Positions 1-9,454 of a stretch of DNA of 59,477 bases are shown here, piece after piece. Under the pieces are notes generated by a model. That model was not told the origin of the DNA, made no database searches, and saw only the letters and a program-made list of their open reading frames with translations. Made by a program: the position numbers and the translations under genes. The stretch spans positions 1 to 59,477 of the forward strand of contig CAZMLC010000001.1 in the NCBI GenBank assembly GCA_964567125.1, given 5' to 3'. Positions within the stretch are counted from its first letter, which is position 1, and every line of letters starts with the position of its first letter. The DNA is from an uncultured Akkermansia sp. (lineage in GTDB: Bacteria > Verrucomicrobiota > Kiritimatiellia > RFP12 > UBA1067).

Positions 1-39
1 CATTTTGAAATCGCACCATCCAATTGGTAACGACTATCA

Positions 40-60
40 GGGGAGCGGACCCCGCTCCCC
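40..60. other. Perfect 9-bp GC hairpin (GGGGAGCGG-acc-CCGCTCCCC) upstream of the first gene
   Basis: Read directly from the sequence. No T-tract follows. Function unknown. Confidence 0.4.
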
Positions 61-81
61 GCTTACAACAAAAGGAAAACC

Positions 82-1221
82 ATGAATACGAAGACCATGG
101 CGATCTGTACGCTGATCGCAGGATCAACCTCGGCACTTTTCGCAGGACTCTATGGCGACACGCCCAATGCAACGCATGCGTGGGCAGTACACGATAACAA
201 CCGTCCCAATCCGAATGTGATTCAAGCGGAAGCAGGCAAAGTTCCATCGGATGCTGTCGTACTTTTTGATGGAACCTCGCTTGACGCGTGGGTTTCCGGA
301 AAAGATGGCGGCCCTGCAAAATGGAAATTAATCGATGGCGCAATGGAGGTTGTCAAGGGCACCGGCGAAATCCGTACGAAGCAAAGTTTCGGCGATTGCC
401 AGTTACACATCGAATGGGCCTCTCCGATCGTCGTCGAGGGCAGTGGACAGGGCCGCGGCAACAGCGGTATTTTCCTCATGGGCCAGCACGAAGTCCAAGT
501 GCTGGACAGCTATGACAATGTCGCCTATGCCGATGGCCAAGCGGGTTCCGTGTATGCCGAAAATCCCCCGCTCGTCAACGCCTGCAGAAAACCCGGCGAA
601 TGGCAAACCTATGACATTGTCTTTCATCAGCCTGTCTGGAACGGCGATACGCTGGTTCACGCAGGGAGTGTCACGGTGATTCATAATGGCGTGGTTGTCC
701 AAGACCATTGGGAGTTTGAAGGTATGACCACACATTGCCGTCGCCGCCCAATCACCAAGTACGAGAACAAATTGCCGCTGCGCTTACAGGACCACGGTAA
801 TCCGGTTCGTTTCCGTAACATCTGGATCCGCGAGATCCCCTCACGCTATGCCAACACAACGCATGGCGGTCCGGGCGTCAAGGAAGCGGATGTGATGGCG
901 CTGCGCAAGGAAACAGCCGCCAAGCTCTTTGCCGCTGTCGACAAAAACAACACGGTCGACGCGCTGCGCAAGATGCTCGAGATCATTTCGTATGACAAAA
1001 ACGAGAGCTACATGAAGGCCGTTACCGACCTTTCGGATCTCTATCTGTCAAAAGTCGCAGCCACTGCGCCGGACAAACTGACCGGTCTCAAAGGTGAAAT
1101 CATCGCCATCCGCAATGACTGCAACGTCTTGATCCGCAATAACGTCGTCGAAGAAAACTTCAAGCTGAAAGCAGAGCTGCAGAAGGTTATCGACATCAAT
1201 GGATTCGAGAAGAAAAAATAA
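82..1221 (+). CDS. Exported DUF1080-family protein (3-keto-disaccharide hydrolase-like, PF06439 type) with ~130-aa helical C-terminal extension
   Basis: 379-aa ORF with an aaagga SD-like element before the ATG. Sec-like N-terminus MNTKTMAICTLIAGSTSALFAG. Motifs GNSGIFLMGQHEVQVLDS and LRLQDHGNPVRFRNIWIREI match the DUF1080 signature as I recall it. Confidence 0.75.
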   Translation: MNTKTMAICTLIAGSTSALFAGLYGDTPNATHAWAVHDNNRPNPNVIQAEAGKVPSDAVVLFDGTSLDAWVSGKDGGPAKWKLIDGAMEVVKGTGEIRTKQSFGDCQLHIEWASPIVVEGSGQGRGNSGIFLMGQHEVQVLDSYDNVAYADGQAGSVYAENPPLVNACRKPGEWQTYDIVFHQPVWNGDTLVHAGSVTVIHNGVVVQDHWEFEGMTTHCRRRPITKYENKLPLRLQDHGNPVRFRNIWIREIPSRYANTTHGGPGVKEADVMALRKETAAKLFAAVDKNNTVDALRKMLEIISYDKNESYMKAVTDLSDLYLSKVAATAPDKLTGLKGEIIAIRNDCNVLIRNNVVEENFKLKAELQKVIDINGFEKKK

Positions 1222-1238
1222 GTCAGAAAGAGCATCGT

Positions 1239-2564
1239 ATGCAAAGACGTAGTTTTTTAAAAATGGCCGCTGCTACAGGGCTCCTTTCCTCTACAGGATG
1301 CCGTACGTTGAAAGACGATCTCGTCTTTCCGTCGCGCAAAGGGCCCTATATGGCCACGTATAAGGACGGACCGATCCAGAACGTTCGCGTCGGGATCATC
1401 GGTCTTGGTAAACGTGGCACGACCATCACCCATCGTCTTGCATCGATTCCCGGCGTTGACGTGCGTGCGCTGTGCGACCTTCATGAGGATCGCGCGGTGC
1501 GCGCAGGCCAACAGCTGACTGCAGCAGGCAAGAACAAACCGGCGATTCATGCGGGCACAAAAAACGCCTGGCGGACGCTCTGTGAGATGCGCGACCTCGA
1601 TCTCATTTACGTGTGTACACCTTGGCTTCTGCATACACCCATGGCGGTCTATGCCATGCAGTGTGAAAAACATGTGGCGGTCGAAATGCCTGCGGCTGTC
1701 ACGCTTGAACAATGCTGGCAGCTTGTTGACACTTCGGAAAGTGCGCAACGGCACTGCATTCTCCTGGACAGTTCGGCGTATGGCGAAAATGAGTTGCTGG
1801 CGGAGATGCTCTGCTCAAAACATGAGCTTGGCCAGATCCTCTACGGGGAAGTCTCCTTCATTCATGATGTCTATGACCGAAACGCGCAGTTCCCTGACAC
1901 CGCGCCAATTGAAGACCGCTGGCTACAGATGTGGGCGCTCTCGCACAAAGGGAATTCGTTCCCTTATGGCGTTGCACCGGCCTATCGGATGATGCGGATC
2001 AATCGTGGCGATCGCTTCGACATCCTGACCTCCACAAGCGCAGCGCAGTCTGTATCTAAAACGGGCCGCAACATTGCCAAAGGCGAAGGCGCGCAAATTC
2101 CTGGCGATATGACGATCACAACGCTGCGCAGTTACCGCGGCAAAACGCTCGTCATCCAGCTCGACACCATGAGTGCGCGTCCAGAAGAGCGCACCTGTTT
2201 AATTTCCGGAGAAAAAGGATCAATAAGTACGCAACCGTTGAAAATTGCCAAAATCATCAAGGCCAGCTCTCAATGGCTTCCGGAATCTGAAGTTACCCAA
2301 CTTGCCACGCGTTATGTCCATCCGCTCTGGACAGAGAACAAAGAACTGCTGCACGGCGCACCGATGAAGGAGGCGATGGATATCCTGATGCACCATCGTA
2401 TTATGCACTGCTTGCAGCGCGGACGCGTTATGGATTCGAACGTCTATGAGGCAGCCACCGTCAGCGCGATTGTTGAATTGAGCGAGCAATCGGTTTCACG
2501 TCATGGCAAACCAGTGCGCATGCCCGACTTCACACGCGGCGGCTGGACGCTGGGAGCGGGATAA
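1239..2564 (+). CDS. Tat-exported Gfo/Idh/MocA NAD-binding oxidoreductase, GH109-like (NAD-dependent alpha-N-acetylgalactosaminidase family)
   Basis: 441-aa ORF with a near-consensus twin-arginine motif RRSFLKMAAATGLL and Rossmann motif VRVGIIGLGKRG. The segment CTPWLLHTPMAVYAMQCEKHVAVEMPAAVTLEQCWQLVD resembles the GH109 core. Confidence 0.7.
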   Translation: MQRRSFLKMAAATGLLSSTGCRTLKDDLVFPSRKGPYMATYKDGPIQNVRVGIIGLGKRGTTITHRLASIPGVDVRALCDLHEDRAVRAGQQLTAAGKNKPAIHAGTKNAWRTLCEMRDLDLIYVCTPWLLHTPMAVYAMQCEKHVAVEMPAAVTLEQCWQLVDTSESAQRHCILLDSSAYGENELLAEMLCSKHELGQILYGEVSFIHDVYDRNAQFPDTAPIEDRWLQMWALSHKGNSFPYGVAPAYRMMRINRGDRFDILTSTSAAQSVSKTGRNIAKGEGAQIPGDMTITTLRSYRGKTLVIQLDTMSARPEERTCLISGEKGSISTQPLKIAKIIKASSQWLPESEVTQLATRYVHPLWTENKELLHGAPMKEAMDILMHHRIMHCLQRGRVMDSNVYEAATVSAIVELSEQSVSRHGKPVRMPDFTRGGWTLGAG

Positions 2565-4534
2565 TGAAAACGATCGCAACCGCGCTCTTTCTCGCCATGT
2601 GGACCCTGCTGGCCCAAGCGGGCGAAGCGCGTTACCAATCGTGTTTCGCGCGCTGGGATGAGCAGACACTGACTGTCGGCAATGCGCGCTTCCATCGCAC
2701 GTACCGTGCAACGGCAAAAGGTTTTGTCACGACATCGTTTTGCGAAAAAGAACCGGACTTCGAATGGATCGCCGCACCCAAAATACCGCAAGGCGATTTC
2801 CGTCTGGCCGTCTCCTGTTCAACGCAAAACTGGAGCGTCGCGGGGGAAACGGCGCTGAAGATCGTGGCGCAGATTGATAAAAAAGCGCCCCTCACCATCT
2901 GGATTTATCCCCATCTGGCAGGAACACTGCAAGTCAAGGATGACATACTTCCGCAGCAACAAGCCGCGCAAGAGGTTGCGACTGGGTTTGAAACAGATCG
3001 GTCGAAACCAAATGCGGAGACTCCTTCAGACTCTGAAAGTCTTGTCCTGATGCCGCAACATCTGCGCATCACGCAGTGGCAGTTAATGGATCAGACCGAT
3101 GCGCACAATGAACTTGTCACGACGCGCGAATGGCTGCTCCAGAGCAATGAAAACCGATTTGACCTGCAAGGCTGCGTGTTGAGTGCGGAACAGACGCTCG
3201 AACAACGCGGCATCGTGTTCCTCAAGTTAGCGCCCCTGCCGCATGCCCGTCCCAATACGCAGGCCGCTGATTTCACTGTCAACGTCCGCAACCGCACGCT
3301 GGAGGCGCACTATACCGGCTATCCCGTGGCAACGCTCCTCTATCAAGGCGGTGCACGTGGCCGTACCCATCAGCTGCATTGCTTCCAACGCCAACTTCGT
3401 GCCTACCAGCCTGGACGCGACGGCCAGTTTCTCAGCAACACGTGGGGCGACCGTTCCCGCGACGCGCGCATCAACGAAGCGTTTATCCTGAAGGAGATCG
3501 AAGCCGGCGCAAACCTCGGCGTCGATATTGTCCAGATTGACGATGGCTGGCAAAAAGGACGTTCCGTCAACTCCGCGTCCGCGCGCGGCAAGGGCGTCTG
3601 GAATGGCTACTGGGCTGCGGATGCTGCTTTCTGGGATCCGGACCCTGTACGATTCCCGCATGGCATTCAGACGGTTGTCGACGCGGCGCACAAACAGAAC
3701 ATGGCTTTTGGACTCTGGTTCGGTCCCGACTCCAGCAACGATGCGATCAACTGGCAGAAGGATGCAGATCACCTCTTGAAGTTTTACCATGATGTCGGCA
3801 TCCGGTACTTCAAAATCGACTCCATGAAGACGCAAAATGCGACCGCGCTCCGCAATCAACGCGCATTTTTCGACCGTATGCTGCGCGGTTCTGACTGCAA
3901 CATGGTTTTCGATCTGGATGTGACCGCGGAAATTCGCCCGGGGTATTTCGGCTTGCCGGATATTGGCCCTTTGTTTGTGGAAAACCGCTACACCGACTTT
4001 CATAGCTACTGGCCGCATCAAACGTTGCGCACCCTCTGGCAGCTCAGCCACGTTGTGGATCCCTTGCGCCTGCGTATCGAGTTTCTGAACAATCAGCGCA
4101 ATCAGGATAAATACCCGAACGATCCGCTGGCTCCCGCCGCTTACCGCGCGGATACGCTTTTCGCCATCACTCTATTCGCGAACCCACTCGGCTGGTTTGA
4201 AGTCTCCAACCTACCCGCAGAATTTGTGCAGGAGGTTAAGCCGCTCATCGCCGTTTGGAAAAAAGAACGCGCCCATCTGCATGCCGGCAAAATCGCGCCG
4301 ATCGGTGATGCGCCGGACGGCATCGTATGGACCGGCTTTGAGTCGATCGCCGACAATGGCCGTTATCTACTGCTTTTCCGCGAGATCAATAAAAACGCGA
4401 CGTTCCAATTACCCGCAGACCAAGCGACGCGCGTAACGGTTCTCGCCGGCCGTGGCACAGCAACGATTGATCACGCGCAGGTTTGCATCACGATTCCAGA
4501 GCCCTTGGATTATCTTTTTGTCCGTCTCAACTAA
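2564..4534 (+). CDS. Clan GH-D alpha-galactosidase-like glycoside hydrolase (GH36-like)
   Basis: 656-aa ORF whose start overlaps the previous stop (TAATG). Signal-like N-terminus. VDIVQIDDGWQKG and GIRYFKIDSMK resemble GH36/GH27 barrel motifs, including the KxD nucleophile. Confidence 0.65.
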   Translation: MKTIATALFLAMWTLLAQAGEARYQSCFARWDEQTLTVGNARFHRTYRATAKGFVTTSFCEKEPDFEWIAAPKIPQGDFRLAVSCSTQNWSVAGETALKIVAQIDKKAPLTIWIYPHLAGTLQVKDDILPQQQAAQEVATGFETDRSKPNAETPSDSESLVLMPQHLRITQWQLMDQTDAHNELVTTREWLLQSNENRFDLQGCVLSAEQTLEQRGIVFLKLAPLPHARPNTQAADFTVNVRNRTLEAHYTGYPVATLLYQGGARGRTHQLHCFQRQLRAYQPGRDGQFLSNTWGDRSRDARINEAFILKEIEAGANLGVDIVQIDDGWQKGRSVNSASARGKGVWNGYWAADAAFWDPDPVRFPHGIQTVVDAAHKQNMAFGLWFGPDSSNDAINWQKDADHLLKFYHDVGIRYFKIDSMKTQNATALRNQRAFFDRMLRGSDCNMVFDLDVTAEIRPGYFGLPDIGPLFVENRYTDFHSYWPHQTLRTLWQLSHVVDPLRLRIEFLNNQRNQDKYPNDPLAPAAYRADTLFAITLFANPLGWFEVSNLPAEFVQEVKPLIAVWKKERAHLHAGKIAPIGDAPDGIVWTGFESIADNGRYLLLFREINKNATFQLPADQATRVTVLAGRGTATIDHAQVCITIPEPLDYLFVRLN

Positions 4535-4566
4535 CTGGTCAATCTTTTCTTACGAAAGGAGTATCC

Positions 4567-5079
4567 ATGAATACCCGGTTTTCCTCACGCGCAAAAAACG
4601 CGTTTCTCGCCGGCGCCGCTGTCAATGTGCTGGCGATTTTAGTCGGGCTCTATCTGCTTCCAGCCCGGACTGCGCTACATTTTAACGCACAGGGCTACGT
4701 GGATCGTTGGGGCTCGCGCCCCGCGTTCATCGCGATCAATCTGATCATGGTGATCATCACCTATTACACCATCGAATACGGTGCAAAACTGGTACTGAAA
4801 TTCCCCAAGAAACTGATTTCACTTCCAGCAAAAGATTATTGGTTGTCGCCCGAGCAACGCCCGCTAACCGAGCGGAAACTCACGGACTATCTGCGCGCAT
4901 TCGGCGCACTGAATTTTATTTTTCAGACCATCCTATTCGGACTGATTATTGCCGCGCATCACGTTAAACCCGTGCGCTTAAACACCACCTGCATGATCGC
5001 ATGCACGCTGGGCTTCTTGCTTGTCACCGGCGTATGGTGCGTATGGCTGTATCGCGCGTTCAAACGCAAACAGCCCTAG
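4567..5079 (+). CDS. DUF1648-like integral membrane protein
   Basis: I chose the ATG at 4567, preceded by aaggag; the ORF-track start at 4483 overlaps the upstream gene. The protein has four hydrophobic segments. LHFNAQGYVDRWGSRP resembles the DUF1648 motif. Confidence 0.55.
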   Translation: MNTRFSSRAKNAFLAGAAVNVLAILVGLYLLPARTALHFNAQGYVDRWGSRPAFIAINLIMVIITYYTIEYGAKLVLKFPKKLISLPAKDYWLSPEQRPLTERKLTDYLRAFGALNFIFQTILFGLIIAAHHVKPVRLNTTCMIACTLGFLLVTGVWCVWLYRAFKRKQP

Positions 5080-5087
5080 CCCTGCTT

Positions 5088-8012
5088 TTAGTGCTTTAAA
5101 AATCCAGCGTCACACCAATTGCCATGGTCGCTCTTGTTGCCGTCGCCGGCAGTTTGCGACATCAGCTTGATCGTCGTGGCGTCGTCGGGAAGTGCGACAT
5201 CGAAATACCAGACTTCCCGTTGACCGAAACGCAAAACCGGCGACAAGGCAATGATACGCTCGCCATCCGCCGCGCCGACAGCGACCGCGAAGGCGATGCT
5301 GGACTGTTTCTGAGGCCGTTGGCTCTCGTCAATACCAACGACAGCAACAAAACGCTTCCATGTCGGATCGCGCGTATAAACCACAGCCCCTTCGGCATGG
5401 ATGCAGATGCCCGAGGTATAGATTTTTTTGCCTAATGTCAGAGGCCCGTTGAGCGCCTGATTAACATGCAGCCCGCCGTATTCAGATCGGAAGTTTACAG
5501 GTTTAAGCGTTGCCAGCGCGATTTCCGGTTGCGGCGGAACCGCGCCTAACTGCGGGATCTTGGGCACCGTATAGGTAACCGTCTGCGTCGCCCCGCGAAG
5601 GCCGGACAAGGTGATTGGCGTGATCCCATACGTATACGTGCTCTCCGCCTGAATCGTTTCATCAATCCACGTTTTGCCCATATAGGCAGCCTGCACAACC
5701 TTGCCATTGCGCGTGATTTCGCAACGCACGTTGCTCTGCCAACTCAGTTTGACTGGCTCGAACACGGTTCCTTGTGCTGCCTTAAGTTCCCAGGCGCGCG
5801 GTTCGATCACTACGCGTTCCGTTGGAGAAAACACGACCTTCCAGTCGATGTTCTGCGTCTTTGCCGACTGGAACGTCACGCGATAAATGCCCTCTTCGAC
5901 TTGTTCCTTGAGTGTCACACCCACGCCATCGTGATGCACGGAAAGCGGCTTCATTGCACCGCGCGAGGTCTCGATCAGAATGCGCAACTCATACGCATCC
6001 CCACCGATTATCGCACTCGTGCCGGACAATTCATGGGTTGCCGCATGCCACTGCTCCTGTGAAAGATCAACCATCCCCTGCGTGATGTGACGCGATGTAC
6101 TGATCACCTGGGGATGCTCCTTGAGCGCGCAGATTGACAAGGCCTCGCAGGATTGCGGCGCGAGCGTCCGCGTAAGCGTCCCGGTAAAGAGCGGCGTCAA
6201 CCCATTGTTCCAATATTCAAAGGCGATGTATAATTTGTCTTCAGCCAATCCCAGATGGGCAAGCGTAGAGGCCAGCGTCTGCTCCTTGGACTCCCAGTTG
6301 AACAGCCCAATCACGGTGCGCCCGGCACAGGTAACGGTCCAGATGGCCGGAATCTTCTTTTCAAAAAGATCGACGGGACGCGCGACTCCGCGATGCGCTG
6401 GCATGGTCCGCCGGAGTAGATCCAACTGTTCAGGTTTTAATTTCGCATACTCTTCGCTGCTGCTGTTCATCTGTCCGGACAACGCCACCCACGAGCAAAT
6501 CACCTTGGAATGCATGCTTGGCGCAATGCGCACATACAGCGGATCAGGATCGTTGTACCAGACGCGTCCATGCAGGAAGTAATGCCACGCGCCGAATTCA
6601 GGCCCACGCAAAATATTATTCCAGTTCGCACCGTTATCCGGTCCGATGCGCATCGCGTCGACGCGGCCGAAGGCTAACCCGGCACTACGCATGTTTTGCG
6701 GCGTGCAGCAGCCGAGCAAAAAGGTCTCCTTGCCTGCAGTATCGCGCACCATCTGCAAACTTTCGCGCATCATCTGGAACTGCGTCACCTCGGGATTGAA
6801 AAGCACCGATTGCCCAGCTTCATCCTCGCGGAACGTATCGCAGATATAATTCAGATTGATGGCCGCGCCCGTATAGAGGCCATCCATCTTCAAATAGCGA
6901 TACCCCCATTTATGCACAATCGTGTCGATCACATCGCGTACGTAGCGCTTCACATCGGGATGCGTCAGATCGAAGCAGGTGCCGCCCCAGAACGTATCAT
7001 ACGGTTTGCCGTCAGGACGCTTGGCGAACCAATGCTGCTTGTCGGCAAACCAAGGATCGCTATAGGTACCGGCAAAGGGGATTAGCCACAGTCCCGCCAC
7101 AAAATGGTGCGCGCGAATCGTATCGGACATGGTCTTCATGCCATCCGGATAGGGTCCCTTGGGGTTGTAATCGATAAAGACTTTGCGCGGCCCGTTTGTT
7201 TTTGCACCCAATTGCCAACCATCGTCGATCTGCATCACGTTCATGCCAAAGGGTGCCAGTTCCTGCTCGGCAAATGCGGCGCGCGGCCCCAGCTTCGCCT
7301 GCGTCGACGCACCGTCGACATACCATGTGCAATGCACAGTCGGCATGGGCGGCAGCTGAATCGCATAATACTTGACAATCGCATCCGCGTAGGCTTCGAG
7401 TCCAAGGCGAGCATCATCGAAATAACCGACCGCGAACGTTTCCAGCGCCTCAGACTGTCCCGCTTTTAACGGGAGCCGACCATAATCCACATGCGGCAGA
7501 AGCGTCTGCTGCCGCGTGCGGGCAATGCCGCTGCCGCGGTCAATGGTGACCCATCCGGCCACAACACCAGCGCGACTCGCTGAATCCGCCAAGGCGGTCC
7601 ACATGTAACTTCCAGGATTCTTCTCCAACGTCTGCAATCCGCCGGACGTCAAAATGGCGTTGACCGCAGGATGGACGTCGATTTCAGGATAAAACACCCG
7701 ATTGGTGACGCCTGCGGAAGCCGGAGTTAACACCTGCTGGAAAAAGACAAACGGCTGCTGCGGATAAACAGCGATCTTCCATTTTTTCGAGACCAGCGCA
7801 TCGCCATCGCCCAAGGCCGAACGGATGCATTCACGCGCAAACGTCTCCCCTTCCAGACGGGTCGACATCACGCGCGTCGACCCCTTCAGAATCAAAATCT
7901 GATCGCCCTCCGCACACACCTTCAGTGCACCGGAGGTCAATGCCAACTCCGCGTGCGCCGTGCATACCAGACAGACGCCAAAAAATACATAGATCCATTT
8001 CATCGCGCGCAT
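5088..8012 (-). CDS. Secreted clan GH-D (GH27/GH36-like) glycosidase with C-terminal NPCBM-like carbohydrate-binding domain
   Basis: 974-aa ORF with a signal peptide. Motifs MNVMQIDDGWQLG, GYRYLKMDGLY and WYNDPDPLY. The C-terminal ~180 aa (GLHVNQALNGPLTLGKKIYTSGICIHAEG...GNKSDHGNWCDAGF) look like NPCBM/NEW2. The alternative ATG at 8003 has better SD spacing. Confidence 0.7.
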   Translation of the reverse strand: MRAMKWIYVFFGVCLVCTAHAELALTSGALKVCAEGDQILILKGSTRVMSTRLEGETFARECIRSALGDGDALVSKKWKIAVYPQQPFVFFQQVLTPASAGVTNRVFYPEIDVHPAVNAILTSGGLQTLEKNPGSYMWTALADSASRAGVVAGWVTIDRGSGIARTRQQTLLPHVDYGRLPLKAGQSEALETFAVGYFDDARLGLEAYADAIVKYYAIQLPPMPTVHCTWYVDGASTQAKLGPRAAFAEQELAPFGMNVMQIDDGWQLGAKTNGPRKVFIDYNPKGPYPDGMKTMSDTIRAHHFVAGLWLIPFAGTYSDPWFADKQHWFAKRPDGKPYDTFWGGTCFDLTHPDVKRYVRDVIDTIVHKWGYRYLKMDGLYTGAAINLNYICDTFREDEAGQSVLFNPEVTQFQMMRESLQMVRDTAGKETFLLGCCTPQNMRSAGLAFGRVDAMRIGPDNGANWNNILRGPEFGAWHYFLHGRVWYNDPDPLYVRIAPSMHSKVICSWVALSGQMNSSSEEYAKLKPEQLDLLRRTMPAHRGVARPVDLFEKKIPAIWTVTCAGRTVIGLFNWESKEQTLASTLAHLGLAEDKLYIAFEYWNNGLTPLFTGTLTRTLAPQSCEALSICALKEHPQVISTSRHITQGMVDLSQEQWHAATHELSGTSAIIGGDAYELRILIETSRGAMKPLSVHHDGVGVTLKEQVEEGIYRVTFQSAKTQNIDWKVVFSPTERVVIEPRAWELKAAQGTVFEPVKLSWQSNVRCEITRNGKVVQAAYMGKTWIDETIQAESTYTYGITPITLSGLRGATQTVTYTVPKIPQLGAVPPQPEIALATLKPVNFRSEYGGLHVNQALNGPLTLGKKIYTSGICIHAEGAVVYTRDPTWKRFVAVVGIDESQRPQKQSSIAFAVAVGAADGERIIALSPVLRFGQREVWYFDVALPDDATTIKLMSQTAGDGNKSDHGNWCDAGFLKH

Positions 8013-8024
8013 CCTTTTCTTCGC

Positions 8025-9440
8025 TTACTTCCGGAGTCCAGTCAAATCTGAATCGACGCACATGATCCCGTTTGTCGAGACCGAGGCCTTAAATGTAGTC
8101 GAACGCTCCAAGCTACCGGCGGTCTTCAGCTGAATCGCCTTATTGCTGATGCGGTTATCAATGAGCTGAAACGGTCCCTCCGCAAAGAAGATGCAGCCGT
8201 TCATATTGATCTGCGTGCGACCGTAATCCGGCATGGCCTTGTTGGAAACGAACACGATGCGGTTATTGCGGAAACTGCAATTCGCGCAGGTAATCGTATC
8301 CACCGGCGTCGCAATGGAGAGAAACGGGGTGTTTTCGTTGTGCAAGACGCGTACATTGTCAAACACGATATTCTCCTGACGCGGAATCGGCGCACCCGGA
8401 TAATAGGAGCGGCTGTAACGATCATGGTCAAAATGCACGGAGAACCCTGTGCGCGCCTGTCCCAGGAAGATATCGCGGAAGACCACATTGCGAACGCCAA
8501 CGGTATAGGTCACCTCATTCTGTACAAACCCCCACGTGATGCCATCAAGCACCTTCGCTCCCGATGTATGCGTTGGCCGTGTCACGGATTTATAGACTTT
8601 CCCATCCGGACTCATCTGTACGCGGTAGAGTTTTCCATCCGCAACAATCGTATCGGACTGCTGCACCTCCATCCCCGCTTTCCAATCGACCCACGCACCG
8701 GCCAGAATCCGACAGAAATATCCGATGCGCCGGGTCGGATTAGGCAGGTCATGGCAATTGACCACACAGCCATCCTCGATCCACCCTAACTCCGGATTGC
8801 CACTGGAGTAATCGTGCGCATTCAAAGCGACAGCATCATCGCCTGTATCGAAGACGCCATTGCTGATCGTGAACCGTTTGCCTTTTCCCAGATGGACGCC
8901 ATCCTTAAATCCCTTGATGATCACATCGTTCACGGTAATATCTTCAAACGTGCAGATATGGATGCAGTACTGCGCCTTCCCCAGGTCGTAACAGCGGAAC
9001 CGATCAATCTTCAAGTCCTTCACATAGAAGAAAGCCAGCTGTCCGCGCAAACCATAGACCTTAAACGCATTGACATCCATATTGTTGACTTCAATGTGAA
9101 GTCCCTCAATCGTGATGTTCTCATCGTAGGTCTTGGTCAGCGCGCCCTTATTCAAAATCACATGTGAAAACTTGCCGGCTTCATCGACTTTCCGTACGAT
9201 CACGTTGTTGCCAAACCGGAGTGACGTATTGCTGCCAACATAGACCGTACCCGCCAATTTATAGACGCCGGGTTTATCGACCGTGATCGTTCCGCCCAGA
9301 TCCACGGCCTTCTGGAGCGCTTTCATATTCGCAAGTCCGCTCGCCTCGGGAGAAAACCCGAACGTGCCGGCATCCACGGCCCAGAGCGATCCCGCCACCG
9401 AAAACCATGCGCAACAGGTTAGCACTACATATCGCTTCAT
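8025..9440 (-). CDS. Secreted right-handed beta-helix protein (pectate-lyase-fold / GH28-related superfamily)
   Basis: 471-aa ORF with signal peptide MKRYVVLTCCAWFSVAGSLWA. The N-terminal FGFSPEASGLANMKALQKAVD...GVYKL motif is typical of Pectate_lyase_3-type proteins. Repetitive short beta-rung periodicity. Family not resolved. Confidence 0.55.
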   Translation of the reverse strand: MKRYVVLTCCAWFSVAGSLWAVDAGTFGFSPEASGLANMKALQKAVDLGGTITVDKPGVYKLAGTVYVGSNTSLRFGNNVIVRKVDEAGKFSHVILNKGALTKTYDENITIEGLHIEVNNMDVNAFKVYGLRGQLAFFYVKDLKIDRFRCYDLGKAQYCIHICTFEDITVNDVIIKGFKDGVHLGKGKRFTISNGVFDTGDDAVALNAHDYSSGNPELGWIEDGCVVNCHDLPNPTRRIGYFCRILAGAWVDWKAGMEVQQSDTIVADGKLYRVQMSPDGKVYKSVTRPTHTSGAKVLDGITWGFVQNEVTYTVGVRNVVFRDIFLGQARTGFSVHFDHDRYSRSYYPGAPIPRQENIVFDNVRVLHNENTPFLSIATPVDTITCANCSFRNNRIVFVSNKAMPDYGRTQINMNGCIFFAEGPFQLIDNRISNKAIQLKTAGSLERSTTFKASVSTNGIMCVDSDLTGLRK

Positions 9441-9454
9441 TTTATTTTCCTCAC

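Noticed and set aside
1-39. CAT at positions 1-3 as the start codon of a minus-strand gene leaving the window
   Set aside because: It cannot be evaluated without upstream sequence.
3227-4051. 274-aa antisense ORF inside the GH36-like gene (similar cases at 26371-27165, 40284-41054, 41527-42267, 11890-12657, 16259-16948, 27508-28221)
   Set aside because: All are fully nested opposite well-supported genes and have low-complexity Arg/Gly/Asp-rich translations. This is a common artefact in G+C-rich genomes.
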